Of a DNA stretch of 64,000 nt, positions 1-10,852 are shown in pieces. The translations under genes were made by a program, and so were the position numbers. The DNA is from Vicugna vicugna (taxonomy: Eukaryota): the NCBI GenBank assembly GCA_013265495.1, contig MU060674.1, positions 978,901 to 1,042,900 of the forward strand, given 5' to 3'. The notes beneath the pieces are model-generated. The model was given only the letters and a program-made list of their open reading frames with translations. It was not told the origin of the DNA and did no database searches. The stretch's first letter is position 1. Each line of letters starts with the position of its first letter.

Positions 1-90
1 TATGAAAATGAATGTATACGCATGACTGGGACAGTGTGCTGTACACCAGAAACTGACACATTGTAACTGTCTGTACTTCAACTAAAAAAA
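1..90 (+). mobile_element. Young (camelid-type) L1 3' terminus with A tail; continues beyond window start
   Basis: ATGACTGGGACAGTGTGCTGTACACCAGAAACTGACACATTGTAACTG...CTTCAA plus A-run; the same terminus ends the longer L1 copies at 5051-5589 (-), 16087-16345 and 19186-19810. Confidence 0.8.
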
Positions 91-934
91 ATATATATAT
101 AATCCAGAGATCAATAAACCAACAAACATATGAACAAAACAAACAAACCTCTAGAACTGAAAATGTAGACAAACTCAATCTTGTAATTTTAGAGAAATAA
201 CTAAATATTTATATCATTGTGTGTTTTCTTAAGAGAAAAAAAGTGTTTTTAATTTGTGTGTCCCTTTTGTATATATGGAAATGTTAGATATTTATCATGT
301 GGGAAATGTTGTGTGAAGTAAATACAAACCAAGCTCTGCTTCTCCCCCAAGATGTATAATTTTGAGTATTTGTTTTCATTTGTAACGTATATTCAATATA
401 ATAGTCCCAATGAAATACTAAATATAAATTGCTTCCCAATTTGCTAATTCTACACAAAGATTTAACTCAGCAAATGAAAACAATCTCTTCCTCTCCAAAT
501 AGCAAGTGATTCGATTAAATAAAATTAACAAGCCAGCATGCAAATTGTAAAATTAAACATGCATCTTGATAAGATTTTAAATACTATTTAGCATAATGTA
601 TTCACTTTGTAATGCACTTCTTTGTTTATTGTTTTCTGTCTGTTTCTTATAAATATTTCATCACTTTGTTAGTTAATTGCAGTTTGCTTTGTAATATCTA
701 AACACATGCATTAATTAATTGTCCGTGAGCAGAAACATTGTGCATATTATTAAAGATTACTGAGGCATTCTCTACTGGGTGGTTGTGCCTACTTCTTAAA
801 AAATTTTTGTATGAAATAATTAAGATAGTTAATTCCACATTTCCTGACCCATATGTGACCTGGTTTGTAGAAGGCATTCCTCACCAAGTTCTGTGATATA
901 TAGATGCTATCTTTGAAAGTAAGCATTGTGGTCC

Positions 935-1200
935 AAGGGATAGGCTGACTTTTATTGTAAAGGGGAGACAGTAAATATTTTTGGTTTTGTCGGCCAGATC
1001 ATCTTCGTTACAACTAGTCAATTCTGTCATTGTCACATGGAAGCAGCTGAGGACACTATATAGATCAGTGGGTGTGGCGGTGCTCCAATGAATCTTTTTT
1101 AATCGATGCTGAATTTTGAATTTCATACAATTTTCAAGTATCATGAAGTAATCTTCTTTTGATTTATCTCAGCCACTAAATAAACCATAAAAAATATGCT
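935..1200 (+). mobile_element. MER58B-like hAT-Charlie MITE
   Basis: TTGTAAAGGGGAGACAGTAAATATTTTTGGTTTTG...GCAGCTGAGGACACTAT...TGAATTTTGAATTTCATACAATTTTC resembles the recalled MER58 consensus; a related copy lies at 28208. Confidence 0.7.
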
Positions 1201-2948
1201 AGACTTGAGACACGGGAAAATTATTTGAAAGGAACATACAGAGTAATGATAACTGCATTAGAGTGGTGTGATTCAGAGCTGATTTTTCTCTTCTTTTCCA
1301 TACTTTCTGTAAGATGGTTTTTAAAAAGTTAAAACATCTACTATGGGTAATTAAGAATAAATGATACTGAATGAAGATCAAAAAAATTGCTAAATTTAAT
1401 GATGGTGATTGGAGTTAATGATAACAGTAACAATAATTTTTGGTCGGATAGGATCATGGCCTCATTAATCAATAGGGTCCTCTTTGTGTTTAAGAATATT
1501 GTTTTTGCAAGAGTTCAGAACACAAAAGGCATAAACGTTTTCCAGGATATTTATTGATTTGTACTATTCCATTAATGTACGTGTACCTAAGGCATCTTGT
1601 GGTCAAGAAAAGAAGTTACGATGTCTCTACCCTGGTGTTCTTGTTTCCGATATGGAAGAGATAGAAAAACACCTGTCTCACAAATTACATACATGCAATT
1701 TTAACTCTTGCATTTGTAAAGCAGGTATTTGTATCTGCATTTGTAAGATATAGACATACAGACCTTTCTCTCTCTCTTAGAGAGAGAGGGCGTGAGAGCC
1801 AGTTCCTGGCACATGAACACCTAATAAAGACCCTTAATGAATGCTAGTCCTAGAGTGACTAATGGTTATTAATATTTTATTCCGAGTCACCTTCCCCTCC
1901 ACTTCATAGCCTACTATGACAAATAATAGTATATACATTAGGTAAGGAGCCCTAACTTGGGAACCATCCTGCAAAATCATTATACTGGAGACTGCAAAGA
2001 TTGTCTGGCCAGGTTGATATCTGTGGGGGGCATCTTCCTAACTGAAGGAACAGTTCAGGAACACACGCTTCTTACAAGAGCGTGATTCAGGGATGGGCAT
2101 GGTAGAGCAGGTGCGGGAGGAGAGGTGAGTCGCTGTGAATCAAATAGAGGTCCATGACTCAGATGCTTCTAGTTTATTTCCTACATACGTTTCTGAACCC
2201 AGGACTCCAGGGACAGAATAGTGATTTCTCTTAACTCTCTGTAAGAATAAAGAGCGAACATCAGTTAGAACTGTTTCATGGACTATTTGCCAAAATGTAG
2301 TGAAAATGACAGTGAGTGATGTATTCATCATCTTATGTAATTGGAACCATGGAGAAGGTAAGGGGATCTGAAAAGCACATCAAGTAGGAGCTGTATCTGT
2401 ACATATCACGTCCCGGGGGCGGGTCATCGGGAGCATCTGGGCAGCTTTGGAATTTTGGGTCTCCACCACAAGGGTCATCACCAGCAGGAAGCCTCAGCAC
2501 ATCTTGCCAGACCAGTCTAGGAAGAACACGGCAGACGAGTAGCCTCTCAAGCCACGTCATGAAGAAATGGTCCCCCCGAGGACTCCCTGAACTACTGAAA
2601 CAGACTCGGAAGTCTAGGATCCTCTGCCTTGTAAGGCAGTCTTTACTGGGAGCAAATTTGCAACATCAGTAAATAGGTGGACATGAATTACAAACATACG
2701 GAATTGTGGATGTTTAAGCCAGTGTATTACAGACGATAACATTAAAATCTGGAGAAATAATGTGATTTTTGCCACTGCTGCAAAAATAGACTCAAAGCTG
2801 GGGTACAGAATCAGAGTGAGTTTTTGTTCATCTCTCTTCCTGTTCCAGACAATGGTTATTAAGACATTTTCTTTTCTTTCATCTATTTTAACTTAATTTT
2901 AGTACTGCTATAGCTTTCCTCTCAGTTGTCTTAGAGATGAAGACGTGA

Positions 2949-3018
2949 TCTCTCTCTCTCTCTGTAGCTGTATATATACACATCTACATATACTCATATA
3001 TATATATATATATATATC
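2949..3018. repeat. (CT)n / (TA)n microsatellites
   Basis: Dinucleotide runs visible directly. Confidence 0.9.
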
Positions 3019-3204
3019 AAATGAACATAAAATTGAATAATATTAGTCAACATAACAGTAAAGAAAATGAGTTATTATTTTTTCTTTTTAACTATTAAAT
3101 AAAACAATTAAAAAAAAATCTTGGGCTACTTAAAGAAGGACTGGCAAAGAGACCGTTCATATGAAATCTGATAAGAAGTTGTTTTCCCTTTGCCACTTAA
3201 GAGA

Positions 3205-3305
3205 AAGTGAGTATCTGTATGTGTGTGTATGACTAAACTGTCATGCTGTGCACCAGAAATTGACACAGCATTACAAACTGACTACGCTTCAATAAAAAAT
3301 AAAAC
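3205..3305 (+). mobile_element. Very short L1 3' terminus
   Basis: ATGCTGTGCACCAGAAATTGACACAGCATTACAAACTGACTACGCTTCAATAAAAAATAAAA, homologous to the other young L1 ends in the window. Confidence 0.75.
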
Positions 3306-4149
3306 TGAAGACCATAAACTTAAATTACACAAGAAAGGATACTCCCTATGACAAACGACACTATACTATAATTTTTTTTTAAACCTGCTATTTGTCTGTT
3401 TGTACTGCCTATATTGTTTCTGGGAAGAAGGAGAAAGAAATTATGAGCTGGTAAATTTGTTCAGGCTGATTTTCAAGCCTTGAAATGACCCAACAGAGAC
3501 TATCATGATGATATATTTTATGAGAGGAAATAATTAATAATCTTGGTAAATTGCAAGATGCCTCTTTCAAATCTAAGTGTATTAATTTTGGTGTAGACCA
3601 CCCTAGAGAAGAGGACAGTCCGTAGTTTATCTCACTGGTAACGTCTACAGACAGATTTAGGAACAATCTAGCCTATGCTGTGGTATCAGACTTTCCAAAA
3701 CGTTTTATAAAATGTTAAGCAAGCTCTTTTGCCTGCAATGGAGACTCCAAAACTTATTCTCCAAAGCAGCACATCCTTAGACTCAGGTTAGAGGAACGAT
3801 GCTTTAAAACATTTTAGTGAATTCATTATAGGGATAGACAGTAAGTGTTTAGGAATAAACCATTATCAGTAATACAATGGATATTCTTATAAAGAGAATT
3901 TTGAACAGTATCAAACACTGCAAAAGCACTTTGGAAACATTTTCCATTCAGCGAAACATACCAAAGCAGCATTATTTTGAACTTCTATATTGTGATAACA
4001 GAAATTTTAAGTAGAATTTAAAGACATCCTGAGTGTTGCTGAACCAAATGGGGCTCTTAAATCCATCCTCTTTGTATGCCGGTGAACACAATCAAATTCA
4101 AGTTGTGAAATTACCTCACTCTTCTGAGAAAAATAAAACATCCTTAAAA

Positions 4150-4395
4150 AGATAGAAACTATTTTCTTCCAAAATGTGTCAGGTCATAATAGCCAAAATG
4201 TCCAGGATACAATTGAAAATTACTCGCAAGACCAAGAACCAAGAAAATCACAACTCTAATGAGAAAAAGATCAACCAAGAGTGAAATGAATCAGATATTG
4301 GACTTATCTGGCAAGGAACTGAAAGCCATTATTGTAAAAAAGTTTCAAAAATTAATTACTAATTATGTGTAGGCAAAATAAAAAAAATACAGTAC
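4150..4395 (+). mobile_element. Old L1 fragment (5' region/ORF1 start)
   Basis: AAAATGTCCAGGATACAATTGAAAATTACTC...GATATTGGACTTATCTGGCAAGGAACTGAAAGCCATTATT resembles the ancient L1M ORF1 N-terminus. Confidence 0.55.
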
Positions 4396-4615
4396 GGTGA
4401 GATCTGTTTGGTACTTTCTAACATTTTTATCTCTGTTGAAATTCTCATTTTGTTCATGCATTTTTCTCATGACCCAGTATCTTGGAGTCTTTATGACCAC
4501 TACTCTCAGCTCTTTGTCAGGTAAAGTTTTAATCTCTGTTTCACTAAGGCCTTTTCCTAGGGTTATACGTTTTTCTTTTGTTCGGAATATACTCTTCTGT
4601 TGTTTTTTCCTTTTG

Positions 4616-4740
4616 TTATTTTCTTTTTTCTTTTTTTCTTTTTTTAAATTGAATTGAATTGGACTTTTTATTGAACTTCTGTCAGTTACAATGTGTCAAT
4701 TTCTGGTGTACAGCATAATGTCCCAGTCACGCATATATTA
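4616..4740 (-). mobile_element. Very short young L1 3' terminus with approximate TSD
   Basis: T-rich tail followed by TTATTGAACTTCTGTCAGTTACAATGTGTCAATTTCTGGTGTACAGCATAATGTCCCAGTCA; flanked by GTTGTTTTTTCCTTTTG (4599-4615) and GTTGTCTTTTTCATTTTG (4741-4758). Confidence 0.75.
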
Positions 4741-5050
4741 GTTGTCTTTTTCATTTTGCGTGGCTCTCTGTGTTGGTTTCTATGCGTTAGATAAAACAGC
4801 CACACCGACCAGTCTTGAAGGAGTGGCCTCCTGAAGGAGTTGATCTTTATTGTTCAACCTCTCGTTAGCTCTTTATTGTTTCTCGGACCTTAGCAAATGT
4901 CCAAACAGCCTTCTCCTTTTTTGTTTTTTCCCTCAGTAGTTCCCAGGAGTTGAAGGTGTGCCAAGACCTGTCAGTGTCCCAAAGTGGAGAATTTCAATCA
5001 GAACCTAGATCTAGGTTGATTGGAAGCCAGATCCTCAAGCAGTAGGTTTT

Positions 5051-5589
5051 AATTATTTTTTAATTGTTCTGATTGAAGTACAGTCAGTTACAATGTGTCA
5101 ATTTCTAATGTACAGCACAGTGTCCCAGTCATACTTATGTTTGTTTTCATATTCTCATTCTTTAAAGGTTATTATAAGATATTGACTATAGTTCTCTGTG
5201 CTATACAGAAGAAATTTCTTTTGTATTTATTTTTAAATAGTGGTTAACCTTTACAAATCTCAAATCCCTAAATTTATCCCTTCCCAATCCCTTCCCCTGA
5301 TAACCATAAAATTGCTTACTGCTAATCTGTTTCTGTTTTATAGATTAGTGTCTTCTTTTTTATTTTTTTTAGATCCCACATAAGTGATATCATATGGTAT
5401 TTTTCTTTCTGTTTCTGGCTTACTTCACTTAGAATGACAATCTCTAGGTCCATCTATGTTGCTGCAAATGGCATTAGTTTATTTTTTATGGCTGAGTGGT
5501 ATTCCTTTGTATAAATATACCATAACTTCTTTATCTATCTCTGTAGATGGACCTTTAGGTTGCTACCATGTCTTGGTTACTGTATATAG
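5051..5589 (-). mobile_element. Young L1 3' end (ORF2 C-terminus plus 3'UTR), 5'-truncated, with TSD
   Basis: Antisense L1 motifs (GGTCCATCTATGTTGCTGCAAATGGC, GATGGACCTTTAGGTTG); flanked by CAAGCAGTAGGTTTTAA and CAAGCAGCAGCTTTTAA. Confidence 0.85.
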
Positions 5590-6465
5590 TCAAGCAGCAG
5601 CTTTTAAAGTATGGAACGATACCTCTTTCAGGGGAAGACTGGGTGGGAAATGGGCATTTCTATTTGCTCCTATACCAAGCACTGGTGGGGTTGCCAGTTA
5701 GGAACTGTTACCTTGTTAGCTGTCTCCGGATTGAACACGTGAACATAAGCTCAGCTGGCTACCAGAGCCAGGCTGTAAAGGTATGTGTCTTCTGGATGGC
5801 AGCCACCAGGGCCACGTCACCAGACACGTGCACAAACCCCTTTCATGGAGACAGCAGTGACCTGGACGAAGGGCGTCCACCAGTCTCCCTGGTCTTTGGA
5901 AAGAAGCGCACTCAGCCCATAGATGTTCAAGTAATAGCTTGCTCTTGAGACCATGGCCTTCAAGATAAGCAGAAAGGTGTACTTCATGGAAAAACTGGTG
6001 ATTCAGGATGCTGAATCTGCACTGCACACGGGAGGATGGCCAGAGGGAGTCCATCCAAGCCCATTAACACCTGTTTCATTGCCTGTTACAGCTTCATGGT
6101 CTTTCAGAGCTGGAGGTTCTGGGTTCCTGTCTCTCATGTGGAAGTCTTACAAGTCTGGTTGCCCATTGTGGGTCCAAACCCCTTACTCCTCAGGTAGAGA
6201 CAGGGATTGGGAGTTCCACCCCACTTATGGGTCATTGTTCAGCAAGTGGAGTTTATGGTGAGATTGTGTCTCAGGGTCTCCTGCTTGTTCCAACATGGAT
6301 TTGTTTCTTGTTCATCTGATGTACGAGATTCATTCAGCTAGTCTGGGTTTCTTTCCAATGGAACGATTCCATATGTAGCTGTGGATTTAGTTTATCCAGG
6401 GGAAAAGGAGGATCCAGGAACCTACGACGTCACCATCCAGAACTGGAACTTCCTGTCTGATTTCA

Positions 6466-9400
6466 GTCTTCTTGATTTGCTAAGACATTTTTGCGGCCCT
6501 TCTGTGTTCTATCTGGAGAATGTTTCATGTGGGCTCGGGAAGAAGGTGTATACTGCTGTTGGATGGATTGTTTTATACACATCTGTTGGGTCCATTTGGT
6601 CTAAAATACAGTTCATGTGCAGTCTTTCTTTGCTGATTTTCTGTCTTGATAATTTAGCCTTTGCTCAAACTGGGGTATTGACTTCTCCTACTATTACTCC
6701 CTTCAGATCTCTTAGTATTTGCTCAATGTACTTAGGCACTCTGATGTTGGGAAATATGTATTTACAATTGTTTTCTTTTCTTGACTGGTCAATGCTTTCT
6801 CATTATATACTAACCTACTTTGTCTTTGTTACTGATTTTGGCATAGAGTCTATTCTGTCTAACGTATTCTACTCTGATAGAAAGTAAATTTTGTGTCTTT
6901 CTTTTGGTTTTCACTTTCATGGAATATCTTTTGCCATCCCTTCATGTTGAGTCTATGTGTGTTATTTAAACTAGGTTAGTCGCCTGCATACAGTGTATAT
7001 TTGGGTCTTAATTTTTTTTATCCATGCATCCATTCTGTGTCTTGTGATTGGAGAATGCAATGCATTTACATTTAGAGTAATTCTTAATAGAATAGGAATT
7101 ACGAATGTTACCATTTTAATATCTTTCTGGCTGTTTTGTAGTTCCATTCTTTTCTATTTTCCTCTCTTGCTGCCTACCTTAAAAAAAACTGAATATCTGT
7201 TTTATTCTTTGCTAATGATTTTTAAAATGAGGATACTAGAAACAAAGATATATTTTGCCAATACTGACTCAAGAAAAGACAGCATATTGAAGAAGCAGGA
7301 AAAACATATCAAAAATGTGGCTACCAACAGATCTGAAAGAAGCACAGATCATTTTACAGAAAAATTTAATCTAATATGCAAATGACAGGTAACTTCTGGG
7401 CATTTAAAATCTTTCCAGAGCATATAAAGTATTTCTATCTTTTTTGACAGTTACCTTAAATAGACTTATTTCTTTCAACTTTTTCCCCCGGTTACCTGAT
7501 TTGTTTCATTTTTCAGTGTTATTAGGTAGAATTGTTACAATTGACTGCACATACACCATATATTGTCTGTGAATATGTATAAGCAATATACTACACATAT
7601 TTTTAATTTATATATATGTACTGTTCATTGTTTCTAAGAACATTTAGAGCTTTAGCTTTTTAAACTTACATAGCTATCAAAGGAATAAAGCCAACCACAA
7701 AATAAGAATTAATTCAAAAAGATATATACACCCTGCTATTAACTGCAACGTTATCTATAATTGCCAAGATATGGAAATTCCCTAAGTGCACATCAGTAGA
7801 TGAATGGATGAAGAAGATGCCCTTGCTGCCTGCCTTTGTGAGGCGGTGGCTTCCATGGTGGGACGCTCTGACTTAAAGGCTTACAGAAAGCCTCTTACAG
7901 ATACAACAGTCCATTTTAAATTGATAACACTTTAACTTTGATCATGTACAAAACCTCTACCCTTTTCTTCTTCTCCTTTTATGACTTTGTCATAATTTAC
8001 CTTCTTTTATAGTATGCATTCATTACCAGATTATAATTGCTATAGTTATTTTTCATGATCTTTTCCTCAACTTTCATACTGAAGTTAATTTGTTAACACA
8101 CCATCATACGACAGAATTAAGACTTTCTAAACCTGATGTAGATTTACTGCGTATTGTGTATTTTCATATGTTCTCATGTTACGAACTAGCATGTTTTAAT
8201 TCCAGCCTCAAAGACTCCTTTCTACATTTCTTAAAGGCACGTCTAATGGTCATAAACTCCCTGAGCTTTTGTTTGTCTGGGAAAGCCTTTATTTCTCCTT
8301 CCTTTATGAAGGGTAGCTTTTCAGGCTAGGGTATTCTGGGCTGGGATATTTTTCTCTGGGCACCTGAATATATTATCTCACTTTCCTGGCCTGAAGCCTT
8401 CTCTTGGGGATCCTGCTGATAACCTAGCGGATGTTCCTTTGTAGGTTACAGTTGTTTTCCCTTTTAGGGTTATTTCTTTGTCTTTGATTTCTACAGGTTT
8501 TCAATAATATGTCTTGGAGAAGGTCTTTCAGAACTGAAATAACGAGGTGGTCCATCGGCACTGTGAACTCGCATGCCCAAGTGTCCACTCAAGTTTGGAA
8601 GTTTTCATCTGCTACTTCTTTACATGTTCTTTCTGCACCCTTGTTTCTGTCTTCTCCTTCTGAAACTCCACGGACTCTGATATTTATTCCTTTGATGTTT
8701 CTCTCACATTATGCAGGCTTTCTTCTCTCTTTCCATTCTTTTTACCATGCTCTCCTCTGACTGGGTTATTTCAAATTCTGTATCCTCTCGACCACTGCCT
8801 CTGTCTTCTGTTTGGTCTAGTCTGATATCCATGCTCTCTCTGCAGCTTCATTGCATTCATTGAATCCTTCAGTTTCAGAATTTTTGTCTAGTTCTTTTTA
8901 AGGATTTATATCCTTTTGCTAAATATCTCGTTTTGTTCATGGACTGCTTTTCTAGTTTTGTTGAATTGTATTTTCTGCTTTCTTGTAACTCACTCAGTTG
9001 GCTCAAAACAGCTGTTTTGATGTCTTTACCAGCTAAGTCACAAAATTGTCCATTTTTGAGCTTGGTAACTAGAGAATTATTGTTATTTTCGTGATGGCAT
9101 GTTTCTTTGATTCTCCCTGTTTCTTGTACTTCTGTGTTGCCATTTTTGCATTTGAAGTAGCAGTCGCCTCTTCCAGTCTTCACTAGCTACTTTCAGTTGG
9201 GAGATATTTTCGTTGGCCCTGCTCATCTCTGAGGCTTACTCTGACCTTGTGCAGATGCACCTGCTCCATGCTTCTCTCTCCCTCTTTTGGAAGAATCCAT
9301 AAACTCATAAATCTTCTCTTGATCTACAGGTCCCCAGGTCAGCTGCTGGAAACCTCTATTTTGCTTTCCTGATGGTGGAGCTCTGGCTCATATGTGTGGT

Positions 9401-10212
9401 GTCTGCCTTTCCTGTAGATTCCGGACAGTTTTCTGAGAGCACTTCATGTCCACCTGAGCTGGCTCCTGCTCCAGCCCTGGGGAGCACACACAAGGAGCCA
9501 GCCTCACAGTGGAGTTGGTGCGGGTTTAGCACTTGAGGTGTTGAGGTGTTTAGCCTGAGGGTCAGGTTGGAGGGGTGTCTTCAGGTAAGGTTTCCTAGCA
9601 GCTTATGGGTAGCCTTCCTGCTGGAGTTCTGAACACAGTCAGGAACTGTGCCCTCTTAATGTTTTTCTGACATTCTTATCTGCCTCTTTCCTGCTCTCCT
9701 GCCTCCCCCCTGCCATGGTGATCTCACTTTAGTTCTTTGAGTGCTTTGGCAGAGAAATGTTTCTTCAGCAGTGTCCTGCAGAGCTGGAGAAGGCTGGCAC
9801 TCACTTACTGGTCTCCCTCTCCCTGATGGGAGAAGCCATACTGGCTGCTGCAGCCGCATGACGCATCACACTGGGGCAGGGCTGGTGCTGACAAAGCTCT
9901 TCCCCAAAGGCTGTCTTGACTGCTCATGTCTGTCCAAATCATCACTCTCCAGATATTCCCTGACTGTGGCTAAGAGGAGCTGAGGCTGGCCTGTAGGTCC
10001 TGCTGATCCTGCACCTGCCACCGAGGTCTGGCAGCCTATTACCCCAAGCACAGGTGGGTGAGTCCCCTCCTGGGTCCCTTGGCACGTGTAGCTGTATGCC
10101 ATGGTTCCCACAGAGGCACTTTTGCCCATGGATGCACTGGTGCCAAATTCTGGTCACTAAAATGGGAGGACAAAAGGCAGAGGTGTCTTATGCAGCCATG
10201 ACATCTCTCAAG
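6466..10212 (-). mobile_element. Old L1 5' half: ORF2 endonuclease region, ORF1 and 5'UTR (decayed), interrupted at 7181-7821
   Basis: Antisense endonuclease-region motifs at 6480-7100 (CTGGAGAATGTTTCATGTG, GGTCCATTTGGTCT); ORF 8875-9183(-) contains DLAGKDIKTAVLSQLSELQES, resembling the L1 ORF1p N-terminal coiled coil; GC-richer UTR-like sequence at 9300-10210. Confidence 0.8.
7181..7821 (-). mobile_element. TSD-flanked retroposed insertion: unique sequence plus an inverted L1 ORF2 fragment
   Basis: CTTGCTGCCTACCTT (7166-7180) and CTTGCTGCCTGCCTT (7822-7836) flank it; minus-strand AATAAA at 7201-7206; plus-strand L1 ORF2 3' fragment at ~7708-7819. Confidence 0.6.
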
Positions 10213-10286
10213 AGACCAATTTTAAAGGCAACAACAAAACAAAAACAAAATATAAATTTTTCAAAATATTTAATAGCTCCTCATTC

Positions 10287-10852
10287 TGAGCAACTGAATA
10301 CACAAATAGACAATGGGCAGATCATTTATAAAAATAGAACGCCAGCCCACAAGCTGCGGCAACCAGCCCAGGAAACCAACCCATTATCTACGGTGACCGA
10401 CGCAGGATGCCAGACTGCTGTCTATAAGTCAGACTTGTGGAAAGTCGGAACGCTGCCTCCAGGAACGATCCAGGAAGTCAAACAGTAACCCCTAAAGAAG
10501 CTGTCTCAACATGGCCAGAATTTCATTAATAATGGACAGCTTCCGTAATTTTTGTCTCCATTTACGACTGATGACCAAACAGAAAAAGTCAAAAATGCAC
10601 TCTAGCCAATCACATAATCCCATAGAAAGTCTCGTTTCTAATTAGCTCTCTTGCCACTTCCCCATGGTAACAGCCTCTAATCGCGGTGTGCATCAATCCG
10701 CCCCTGTTTCTCCACGGGAAAGCTTTCTCACTCTTCTCAATTCCCTTGAGAAGCGAAACAGAAGCAAACGTGGCTGGCTTCCTTGCTATCGCACCTCTGA
10801 GTAAATAACCTTTCCTTGTTCTTATTCGGTTGCCCATTGCTTAACTTCCACA
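10287..10852 (+). mobile_element. ERV1-type solo LTR (MER67-like)
   Basis: TG...CA termini, exact 4-bp TSD ATTC (10283-10286 and 10853-10856), CCAAT box, AGTAAA polyA-like signal near the 3' end, and AACCAGCCCAGGAAACCAACCC motifs. Confidence 0.8.

Larger units (their letters stand above)
4396..6465 (-). mobile_element. L1 5'UTR plus ORF1 start (3' body missing), interrupted by two younger L1 tails
   Basis: Antisense ORF1-like sequence at ~4400-4600, a GC-richer 5'UTR-like region at ~5600-6460, and an L1-5'-end-like motif (CATCCAGAACTGGAACTTCC) at the right end. Confidence 0.6.

Noticed and set aside
1768..1788. Small hairpin CTCTCTCTCT-T-AGAGAGAGAG
   Set aside because: Simple-repeat palindrome of a kind common in mammalian DNA; no further evidence of function.
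6381..7385. Longest plus-strand ORFs in this region (168 aa and 130 aa), hydrophobic
   Set aside because: They are mostly the antisense strand of decayed L1 ORF2 sequence; T-rich antisense L1 routinely gives F/L/I-rich pseudo-ORFs.
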